Source: Azolla caroliniana
Taxonomy: Eukaryota > Plantae > Polypodiophyta
NCBI GenBank assembly: GCA_043228905.1
Contig: JBHGNT010000006.1
Coordinates: 5,270,001 to 5,334,000, forward strand
Direction: 5' to 3'
Length of the DNA: 64,000 bases
The notes beneath the pieces are model-generated. The model had not been told where the DNA came from. It saw only the letters and a list, made by a program, of their open reading frames with translations, and made no database searches. Both the position numbers and the translations under genes were made by a program. Position 1 is the stretch's first letter. The number at the start of each line of letters is the position of its first letter. This document shows positions 1-11,900 of the stretch, piece by piece.

Positions 1-143
1 TTTTTGAATGTTGTTTGTGGTTGAGAGACCCTACGTAAAATGAGAATGATAAATGGATGAAGTGATGGATTGTGAAGGTTCTTTGCTGATGTGGGTCTAT
101 GACTACATTTGTCATTTTTCTCAACTCTTCTCAATGTCTCTTG

Positions 144-482
144 ATTTCCAAACAAGAACACTGTTGGTCTTTATTTCAACTTCATAGTGGATTCGACCAA
201 AACCTTGTCATGTGAAGAAGACTTGAAATTTCCAAACAAGAACACTGTTGGTCTTTATTTCAACTTCATAGTGGATTCGACCAAAACCTTGTCATGTGAA
301 GAAGACTTGAAATTTCCAAACAAGAACACTGTTGGTCTTTATTTCAACTTCATAATGGATTTGACCAAAACCTTGTCATGTGAAGAAGACTTGAAATTTC
401 CAAACAAGAACACTGTTGGTCTTTATTTCAACTTCATAATGGATTTGACCAAAACCTTGTCATGTGAAGAAGACTTGAAATT
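144..482. repeat. 87-bp tandem repeat, ~3.9 copies
   Basis: Unit ATTTCCAAACAAGAACACTGTTGGTCTTTATTTCAACTTCATA...GAAGACTTGAA repeats nearly identically and produces the 29-aa periodic ORF 187..627. Confidence 0.95.
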
Positions 483-2069
483 GTCAAACATCATTAATGT
501 TGCTCTTTGCTCTTCACACTGGAAGAATTTGTGGATAGATCAGATAGAGAAATTCTTAAGTCGATTGACTACAGAAAGAAATGCTTTTAAATTTCTATTA
601 ATTACATGCTTCAAATTTTTCTGGTAGAAAGAAGCGAGGATGAAGAAACCATTAATCAAATTCCAGAATTCCTTTTCCACCATGGGATTAGGAAAGTCAC
701 TTTTTGACCAAGCATATGGAAGACTAGTTTTAAAGGGGGAAAAATACTTTTTGCATTCTGTAACATAGATATTTATGGTAAATTCTAGGAATCGCCAATG
801 CTTTAGTTTGAGCCAAGTTGAACTGTGAATCTGTTGCTTGACAACTTAACTAGCTCAGTTCAAGTTTAAAATTTTGTAAATAATTCAGTTTGGCTTGCTC
901 GTTTGGTTTGAGCCTTCATTGTCTTAACATTTTGTGTCTATCCGGCTTCAAATTATGGCTTAATGGCTTAATGGTTTGAGGAAACATCATTGAAATCTTT
1001 ATTAAACATGTAAAATAACTCTATAAATGATGTAATATGTATATGAAGTTTCAAATTCGAACCCTAACAATTCTTTTAAGTTTTGAAAAGATATCCTTCA
1101 GAATATCGAAAGTAATTGTAAAATTGCCAATAATTTGGCTTAACAGCTTAATGGTTTATAAATCTCTTGAACTGTTTGGGTGTAAACAGTTTTGGTTTAA
1201 ATGTTTCGTGGTTTAGTTTAGGTTTCAAATTGTGTAAGCACTTCGATATTGAGACTCCCAAACCAATCCGAAATGAGTCAAACCATTCTGGACTGGTAGT
1301 AATTTCTCTGACAACAGATCCAAAATTTAAACTAGCACTGCAATTGTTATTGTGTTTCAGTGCTTGGAATTGCTGATAATGATGTGTTTAGATTTCATTG
1401 TTTGAGAATCAAGTTGAATGTGTGTTAGATATCAATATTAATGTCTATGGGTCTTGAATGATGATTTTGATGTCTAGGGAAGAACTTTTAACATCAAATA
1501 AATATAAGGAGAATAAAAATGAAATCGATCATGATTTGAATGCTGGAGTGTGTAATATCGGTGCAATATGACAATAATCTGGTGATATATAAAAATGATT
1601 ATTCACGTTTTCAATTCAAATTTCAGGAAAAGGGAAGGAGAGCAAGAAAGAAAGAGGGAGTAACTGTTGATTCCTCATTATGGATGCTAAGTTCTTGCAA
1701 CAAGGCTTTGTTTCAAGAGTGATATAGGCTATTTTTTTAAATGGTACGATTTCTAAAAATGAAAAGGTGTAAACCTTAGAATATATATGATAAAGGGTAA
1801 GTTGCATAATAAGTCCTTGAAGATAGGATAGAGATGATAGTAGGTTATTTTCTTTAGTATTTTGCAAAATGGATGCTACGATGCAGCATTGGGAATTTTA
1901 ATTTTGAGATATTATGGTATTGTTATCCATCTTGAAACCACATTTCAGTTACAAAAGCATAATTTGAGTACGTTTGAATGTTGTATAGATTATATATCTT
2001 TTTAAAAATCATAATGTTTATCATTTGATGAAAATGTTGGTGTCCTTAAATTGTCATTAGGAAAACGTA

Positions 2070-2245
2070 TTTCAATCATAATGAAATGCAAGATCTTTTG
2101 GACTAACCTTTGCAATGATCCCCAACACCTTTCAATCATAGTGAAATGCAAGATCTTTTGGACTACCTTTGCAATGATGCCCAACACCTTTCAGTCATAA
2201 TGAAATGCAAGATCTTTTGGACTAACCTTTGCAATGATCCCCGAC
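2070..2245. repeat. ~59-bp tandem repeat, 3 copies
   Basis: TCAATCATAATGAAATGCAAGATCTTTTGGACTAACCTTTGCAATGATCCCCAACACCT seen three times with few changes. Confidence 0.9.
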
Positions 2246-2777
2246 ATCACTGAGAAGTTTTTGGTATTGCATAATTATAATAATGAGCAGCAAGGTTACA
2301 GCTTAGTGGGTTTTATTTGAAAACATATCTACCTGCTCCCAGTGTTTTGTGCAAGTGAAGAAATTGTTTGTACTCCCAGTATCTTGTTGGGAGCTAATTG
2401 ACATATGAAGACATTGCTACTTGTGTAGATCTTCAATATGCAGTCCATCCCAATGTCACGTATCAAAAAGAGCTTTCAGATTGGAACATTGTTCATGCCT
2501 TCACAGGTAAAATAAAAGATGGGCACTTGCTTGGCTGGTAACTAGATACCAATACTCTTGGATAAGTTTATTACAGAATTTGAAGAGGGGATTGTACCTT
2601 AAAGTTTAATGAGTTTTACAATTTACAAATAAGTAACAGATTCAAGGCAATTAAATCAATATGGTGTTTGAGCATTCAAAACTATCCTAAATGTTTCTAC
2701 AAGGGTATCCTCAAAGCACAAAGGATATATACATTGGATATCACATATGTTGCTTGGGAAAAGAAAGAATATGGTAT

Positions 2778-2946
2778 TCAAACGCAGCACGATAGATGAC
2801 CATAGAAAGAATCAGAAGGCCTTTTTGGAACATTCAATTTAGTAGTCGGCATTATATGTGGTAAATGCTTGTGGAAGGCAGCTACAGAACCTTCGACCCC
2901 ATCTTCCCCTTTCATCACTTCAGCTAGAGCTATTGCATTTTGTTTA
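2778..2946 (-). pseudogene. Duplicated copy of the UGT80 last coding exon lying in the 3' region, without its splice acceptor
   Basis: KQNAIALAEVMKGEDGVEGSVAAFHKHLP...GHLSCCV* vs true exon ...GHLSCCF*; no AG at the homologous acceptor position. Confidence 0.85.
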
Positions 2947-2968
2947 AAGATAGATATAAATATGATAT

Positions 2969-5900
2969 TCAAAAGCAACACGATAGATGACCATAGAAAG
3001 AATTAGGTCTTTTTGGAGCATTCAATTTAGTAGTAGTCGGCATTATATGTGGTAAATGCTTGTGGAAGGCAGCCACAGCACCTTCAACCCCATCCTCCCC
3101 TTTCATCACTTCAGCTAGAGCTATTGCATTTTGTTTAACCTGTAAAATTTTGAACAAACAGACCTCTCCTTATTGCCATCATACACAAATGAAAAGCTGC
3201 ATATCTTAATTAGCCTTAGTTCCTTTGATTCATGTGAGTTACCCATTTTCATTGGTTAAATCTCTAGGATAAGAGAAATGCTTAGGTTGTAGACTCAGGT
3301 GACTGATCGATCACACGACTCATCAATCATCCTTATTTATTACATATAAATAAGTATGATTGATTCATTTGAATTACCCATTTTCATTGGATTAAATGTT
3401 AGACTCAGGAGTGACTGATCACATTCAAAAAATTGCTACAATAAATGGTTCATTAGGTACAGTAGCTAGGGTAGGAGATGTCCCAAAGCTGTCTATACAA
3501 AAGTTTACACATGATATGTGTTGTATTATCTCTATGACTGTGGTGCCCCTGTTTTATCCCAAAACTGACTGGGAAACACCAGGGAGCCCCGCCTCTGTTC
3601 CAATTGGGGCACCGCCCTGGGTTGGGAGAACCCAGTCCCAACAGGTAGTCCCCAATGGCTAGCCACCCCACTTATTGTATACTTACGAATAATGATATTA
3701 TGATTACAGAGGATGATGGGGAAGAGAAGGAATTTCTAGACAAACATCTCAACAAAGAATTCGAGATGAAGAAATTAGGAAAGCTGAAATACTTCCTTCG
3801 AATTGAAGTGGCTTGCTCTAAACAATGATTTTCCATTTCTCAGCAGAAGTATGTTACAGATTTGATAAAGGACAAAACAGGGAAATTGGCTTGCAAACCA
3901 GCTAACATACTGATTGACCCAAACCACAGATTGGGAGAACATTGGGAAGATGAGTATATAGACAAAGAAATGTACCAAAACTTGGTTGGAAAGCTAATAT
4001 ATACATGAGGCCTGATATTGCATTTGCAGTCAGTGTGGCAAACCAATTCATGCATAGTCCAAGGAAGGTACACTTACAGGCAGTACATTGAGTGATGCAA
4101 TGTCTAAAAGGCAGTCCAGGACATCTTTTTAGAAGAAGAATAGGGGTTGAAATAGAAGCATATACAGATGCTGATTAAGCAGCTAGTCCTAGATAGCACA
4201 TAGTTCAGTACAGAATGACAGAATGAAACACATAGAGGTGGACAGATATTTCTTCATGGAGGTGGATAGGGATCTGATCTGCACGCCAGATGCCCTATCA
4301 TCAACTAGTAGCAGATATTCTCTCTAAAGAATTAAGTAATCCAACATTCCAAACAATTCTATCCACGCTAGGAATGGCAAGGAAATTCACCAGCTTGAGG
4401 GGAGTGTCAAAGTTACTAAAACATTCCAAACAAAAGAGGAAAGTAACTAAAGAGGCAAATAATAGTTTCTACTTTTAGACATCGTTTTCTTGTATGAAAG
4501 AGGATGACTCCCACCACAGAAATTAAGGGAAAACGAACAAGATTACATTGCATTTGTTTCATTACTTGTACCCATGGTTCCTATTTCATTGCACCAACCT
4601 TGTTACAAAGGGAAGCTATACAGTTAAGGTAAAGCTTGCCGTGAAGGTGTTTTGTTAATACTTAGGACTAAGACAAAAAAATCACAAAACCACTGGCTGT
4701 ATTCTAGTGGTAAACCAAAGGTTTATTAATCATGCACCTGAGTTCAATCTCAGTAATTAGATTAATAGGTGTTGGATGCTGCACAAAAAAAACCACTCAA
4801 GTTCCAACCATTGCTCCTCTGAACTAGTAAAAGAAATAGTAAGGACCAAGGCATGAGGAACCTATAGACAAATGATTGGGTTTAACATGACTTGACTACA
4901 GAATACTTCCTATCCAATCCAAGTGAATTAATTCTTCTTGGATCTATTATTGATGGCGACAACTGAAATGCTGTGAGATGGTTAAACAGGCAAGAAACAA
5001 TTAGCGGAATTATAATGCCACTATAAAAGAGACTCAACCCAAGATGAACCAGATGCAATCTATGCAAGAGGGCTCATAATAAGAATGCAGTGCAACTTCT
5101 TCCATATGCACCATATAATCATAGCAGAATATCTCATACTTGCTTGACATAAAAGAATTAAGACAAAAAATGCCAAGTTGATTTTGAGCTTACAGCAAAA
5201 AATGCCAAGACAAAAATCAATATCCAAATATACAACTCAATTATGCTTTCAAATGTTTGGGCAGATCAAATTAAGGTTTCAAGAACAAGGGCTGGATCAA
5301 AGAAAAGACAATCATATTATTGATACAGACAAACAACATCCACCAACAACTTCTTGCACATGCTTGCACCTCTTAGGAAAGTTTGCAGAAAGGATGTATT
5401 GCATAATAAAGTTTACACATTTCAATTGAAAGAACCTAAAGTGCATGACATAATAAAGAAATAAGAGTAAGAAATACCTGGGGATTCATCATATAATGTA
5501 TCGCATGAACTAGCTTATCAAGAGAAAACTCATCCACAGGAATCGGTGGGGGTCCCACACCCTTGGCATATACACGATCTCCCCAGAAAGGCTGGTCACC
5601 AAAGAAGGGAACAATAGTTGTTGGACACTGCACCAGAAATACCCGTGGATTCAATAACTCTTTTTCTAGATAACCACAACCCAATAATACTTACTAATGT
5701 TGGATAAGGAAAGATTTTACACTATTCTCTACGAACAAGAAAATCACAGCATTGCTGTAAGAACATACATAGCCTCCATTATCATATCACATTTGCCTTA
5801 TTTTATAAATGTGAGAATGAAGACCCCTTACATGCCCTCCATGTAGTACATTACATATCTCATTTTAGCAATGCAGAAAATAAAACCATTGTCTTTCTGT

Positions 5901-8900
5901 AAGGGCATAAATGCACGTATTATACCACTGTTAGTGCCTCATTTTAGAAACAGAGAAAATAACATCATCGTAACGCCATACACAGACTCTGTACAGCAAA
6001 CTGCAAGTGGCTAACTTAACCAGCATACATCAAGCAATATATCACATTTATTATATCATGATCAAGAGTCAAATTTTATGCAAATTCTGGTTATCAAACA
6101 AAACCAACCACAGAAGTACAAGATTTGTTGTGGGGAATGCTAAAAAATACTAAAATTATGCTTTCTATAAAATAGGGCTGTATAAGTAAAAAAAAACTAG
6201 TAGCCAAAAAAATCAGTTATCGTTCTTCATCACCCTGAACTCCTCAAAAAAATATGAAACAGCTCACACAAATCATGGTCAAAATGCAATCTGCCACTCA
6301 TCCCCAGGGACATCACTGGTTATTCCAGATGCATCATAACGAGAAACTAGCAGCTGTCCATAAGATTGTATCCATGTGATGATTTCTAAAGCCAGGAGTG
6401 GAATCATGTCTAGTGCTCATGTGAATGCCCAGAAACTTTCAACATAAAGATGAGATCAGAGAAATGTCTCTCATAGAGCAAATGAATGGCCAGCACATAG
6501 GGTCTGGCGTTCTACATGCATCCATGTGATTAATTTTCAGCAAACCAACACTAGAAGGCTATGTGTAATCCTGACAGTTGTCTTTCACTTTCTGGGACAT
6601 AATTAGACTATCTGGAATGTGTTCATTTTTGTTCCCATTTGAGACTGCGGTCCTTTTGGGTCTCCTTCACATACACTTGCATATCGGGTTTTGGGAATTT
6701 TGTATATAACAGTAATTAATATAATTCGATGTCAGACTGAGCATGCAGTTTGTCCCTTCAGTTTCTTTGTTAGACATCATAGTAATTAATACAATTACCC
6801 ATCATGAAAAAGAAAAGACAGCGTAAGGATTCTTACAGCTGCTCTCAAACCAGCGGCTGTGGTCCCTGCCCCACCATGATGAACCTGTTTCATGGAGACA
6901 ACTGAAGCTCAACAATAGAATGTAAGGGGGAAAAGGAATAAACAGTTTCAAGTGTGTTAATTGTTAATAAACCCATTATACGAGATGAAAAACATGCAGA
7001 AGTCATAATTCATCAAGACCATGGTCAACCTGTGGTATTTTAATGCCATGCATGTATGTCCAGTTGGTTTGGTGATATTGAGATAAAATATATAATGTAA
7101 GCGTGTTTATCTGTACATAGATTTTTCTTTTGATGTCTAACACAAGTCTGCATAACGGTGTCGTTACCAGGTTTATTTGCTGGCTGCACAGAATGGCCTT
7201 CACATAAGATATATTCTTCATTTGTGAATCTCTATGGAAGGCCCACTGCTCTGATATTCTTCATAATCAGCATTCCTCCATAATAGAGCCACAAACATAG
7301 CTGCCCTCATTCAGAGTGAGTTGATGCATACATTCTGAATTTTATGGATACACATACTGGTTTTCCTTGGGCTGCCCAGGGGATGCAGTACGTTTCCTCA
7401 TATTTTTGGATATTATGCATCTTAATGACATACGTCCAGTTTGTGAATGCCACACAATTTGCATCATATACTAATCCTAAACAAAATAAGAGGCTACCAC
7501 TTAATCAGGAATATGATGCAAGGACTGGTTAAGATCTTACCACTGCTGCACATTGAGAAAATAGCCAATCATGGGGGCAGTTATCTAACAGATAAATGGA
7601 ATCAGGTAGCTTCACCACTGTAAAACAACGGAACAATGTGAGCTCATGCTGTCTTTTATTATGCTTTATTATGTTCAGGTAATATTTTACAATTCATTAA
7701 AGAACACATTAGCAGGCAATGCGCATGCACTTTAAAACTCACAAGTTCCAAGTCCACTCCAGCCTCTACCAATGATTCCTCTTTGACAAGTGATTTCAAG
7801 AGCTTCAATAATTATCTTTGTCATCCCTGCTGCGTCTTCAACGGGCTGTGGAGGATTTTACTTGTTATCCGAGTTGCACAACATAAATACAAACATATGC
7901 AATTTTCGGTGAAATTTTACAAGCATAAATGAGATACGAAACATGAGAGCGCCAGCACATTACAGGGAAAACTGAAGTCATGACAATGCATATGCAAAAT
8001 AAAAGGATATCATAAAAGATATTCTCAACTTACTAAGCTTCCAAAGCCCACATAAATGGGAGGAGGCCCTTCTTCAAGCCATTGCACCAGATCTTGGGGG
8101 GGTTGATAATCTTGCAAAAGGTCCAAAAAGCAAAATCCAACTACATCTATTTTTGATCCCCAGTCTGCAATTGCACAAACAATGCAGTTCGACAATTGGT
8201 TCAGCCAACTTCTGCGATAGGTATTCAATGCATGATATTACCTATTATAGCATGATAACAACAAGTGGACGCTTGGGAAAAAAAGTTAACTATACACCTT
8301 TTGGTTTTGGAACAAGGTGTGGGCTCCAAATATATCCTGTAGGAAGCTTTGAGACAGACAACTGAGAACCACTGAGGTAGGTGATTGGACGTAGCCTAAG
8401 TTTCTTTTTTCGGAAATCATTAATCAGCCCTTGTATTCCAATCCAAATAAGGGAATCCACCACTTGGTACGAAATCTGAAGCATGGAATAAATTAGTCAA
8501 GTAAGTTAAGAGAAAAACCTAGTTTATTCCTTGGCTTTCCTTAAGAAGTTTAGCTATTTTAAGAATGCTCTACCCGGTTTGCTGCATTGTGATGCACTCG
8601 AGAAAGAGGATGTGGAAACTCACTTGTTGGCCTGAAAAAATAGAGAAAAGGTAAATGACTGTAGATGAATTTGACTACATTTTTCACTTGGGGATCTGTG
8701 GTATGCTTCATAAAATATTAAATATATATGAAAAAAATGTGTAAATATACACATGCTGCAAGCAATGATCAGTACTATCACATATGAAAGGAATAGCCTT
8801 ACCAAGCAATTTGAGGAATATATTTGTATGCAGTCCAATGTTTTCAATTCTCTATACTAATATTAGTCATATCATGCTCATACTATGAGACATTATAACT

Positions 8901-11900
8901 AGCACCAGACTTCATGTCCAAGCATTGAAATCAAACATCAGACCACACAAATCCCACATGTCCTGTTCTCACTGGCATATGGATGATAATGCACTATAAC
9001 AAGATAGTAGCAAGAATTTGGACGCATTGTATTCATTTTGTCACAAGCACAGAGGCACAAAATCTTGCATGGATACTTTCTAAATTCACAGCCCCGCACC
9101 ATTGAATATCAGTTTATCAAACACTGAATTATCAACACGCTTTATTAAATTCTCATGAACTCATTCTTTGCTTTTTACTATCCCTCCTAGTCTCTTGAAG
9201 GTCCTAACAAAAACCACACATGCCCGAGTTGAGTGTTAACCCCGTGAATAGACATCACAAGCTCTCTATTCACAAGCTCAAGGGCCCCTAAGAACTACGT
9301 ATCTATTTTCCTTCTTATTCATCCTTAGTATCATAGCTATTTTGGATGTGGCTCAATGTTCAAATCAATGTCAGGGAACATGCAACCAATGGCAATAGGA
9401 GGTTTTACAAATCCTAGAACTACCTTCAAGTTTGCATACATGATAGCATTTCTAATGATTTAGAATCAACAGGTATGCATCAAGCTTTAGGCTCTTAGTT
9501 TATGCTTAGCATTTATATTGACTCAACAGAAGAAGCATACTTACGTCCAAGGCATAGTAAAGAAAATATGCAAAGGCACGTTCAAGTATTCGGCAACGTG
9601 AACATGACCTGAAATCAGTACCAAATACTGTTCTATATTTTAAAACCTTAGCAGCAATGAGTTTCCACGTGTACGAAATCCAAATGCATGTAACTTCACC
9701 ATATGCTGGAGGATTGGCAATAATTGCTTGAACTTTGAAAGGCACATTGCTCTTGTCAGGATATGTGCAGGCAGGTAAAAGAGAGTTAATGATGGATTTA
9801 AGCTGCTTCCTTTGTATCCTGATCTCTGATGTTCCCGATGGAAGGAAACCTTTATTCTTTACCATGTCTGTTATACATGATGAACACAGTGGAGCTGTTA
9901 GCAGAAATGCATTCAACACCAAAGTCTACAAGTGTTATGTTTCATAAGTCAACATACATTTGGCAAGAACTTTTGGGTCACCTCCCAATGGATAGAATTC
10001 AAGGCCTGCTTGCAAAACAAATTCTTCAAAGTTTGAATGGGTTGCCAGCCTTACACGGTGCCCATATTCCTAATAAATTATTAAGGCAAAAGGTATTTAG
10101 GCATTTTGTATTATAGTATTTATGAAACTTGCCATGCATACATTTTGAATTCTAGATAAAAGACCTGCAAACGTTTCCCTATTGCTACAAAAGGCTGAAC
10201 ATCTCCCCGTGTTCCAACAATAAGCATGGCAATTTGCAGAGGTAACCGTGTGGAACTGTTCACATCTCCTTCATCATGTGAAGAGTCTTCATATGATGAT
10301 GTGGAAAATAAGCCAGGTACAAGCTCAGCACTTTTGTCAGCATCAAACTCAACAGTGCCATCTTTTTGTATTCTGCAAATCCTCTTCACAAGTTTCTTCT
10401 AACATCATAAATGACAAGGAAGATTAACTTCGTATTTAACAGTAGCGTTAATTCTTTAAGATAAATCATACTTTTTAACAGAATTTCCAATATATATTAT
10501 TATTCTCTAATAAAGAACTTTTATAATCCAAATTACACACCAATTTCCATAAGGTATATAAAAGTCAGTATAGTCGATACATGAATCTGAAATACCTGAC
10601 AAACTGCAGGCATATAAACTAAGAGAATGCATTCTTTGATCGAATAACTTCTATCTTCAAATCTATATTAGTAATCCATTACTCCATACAAGGAGAACAT
10701 ATTTGACCGGTGTTTATACAACATTATAAATGACTTGGGCAGATTCATATGGCTGCTAAAACATTAGTGGTTTGCCCAAATCAATAAAGAATAATTATCG
10801 TCGGATCCAGATGAACTTCTTATATAGATTCTCAGATAAGATAGATTCTTGGGAGTTACATACAAGGAGGTTGGCCAACTAGCAAGCTGGCTATTTGAAA
10901 GATAAAAATCTCCTTTTCTTTCTCATTATGTCATGGTAATGTATTTTATCGCAAGTACAAAATAAGCATTAAATAGTTATTCCTTTCTAAACTGATATTT
11001 AGTTCAAACTGGTTCCGGGTCAAGCTGCCATTCAAGAAACTTTTATTAAACACTGGGAGGAATACAATCTATGCCCATAGGCAAACTTGTCATGATTCTG
11101 CTTTTACTTATGATGGATCATCTTCTATGAACTTATCTATATTTCTTGTCAGTTGTTTCTTTAAAAATTTTGGGGAAATGACTGCGTTACCTGCTTTCTT
11201 CTTGACATTTTTGACCCTGGAGATAGACCAGTAGTATCTTTGCCTCTGTTGTACTTATCTGTAATTGATCTCTTCAAATCTTCTTTCTTTCTTGATCGGA
11301 CAATCCCATCAACAACCTCAAAATTTCCACTGGGCATTGTTTGCGCACGTTTAAGTCCATTTATTTCTACAACAATATTTGAAGAAAAAATATCCTTCTT
11401 AGGCTCCATGCAAGACCAGCATTAAAATCAACGGATATTCTTGAATAAAGTTGGCATGCCAACTTTATGTTCTTAGCTTAATCATAACTTTAGAGTAAAC
11501 ATACATATGTGATGAGGAAATTTTCCACTCTCAATTTCTAATCATTCTACTTTCCCTTAGTTCAAACATTCAAAGCAATCTTGGATATAATTCATAATTC
11601 CCAACTGTTTAATTTTTCATCTATTTCCAGAAAATAGATAAACAGAAGATCTCAAACAGAAGAAACCAAGTAAATAAAAAGAGATCAAGTCGACATGCTA
11701 TACAATGAGCTCAGCCCCTGAAGAATTCCAGTATTGCAAATCAAATCCCTCTCTTCACACTAATCTTGCCAATTCTTGCTACAAGCATTGTCACGCTTCT
11801 TCTATGCTGCAACACGAACCGTAGACATAATGTTGCAAAAGTTGAGATGTGTTGATCTACAATAGAAATTAGTTTTCGTATTTTTGTGAAAGGCAGTACT

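Noticed and set aside
144-482. Possible CRISPR array or repeat-protein gene (ORF 187..627)
   Set aside because: No unique spacers, eukaryotic context and a GTG start; the ORF is explained by an 87-bp unit without stops.
2946-2981. -1 ribosomal frameshift joining the UGT80 C-terminus to the duplicated exon
   Set aside because: The distal copy is in the -1 frame, but there is no X_XXY_YYZ slippery heptamer before the stop and no evident stimulatory structure.
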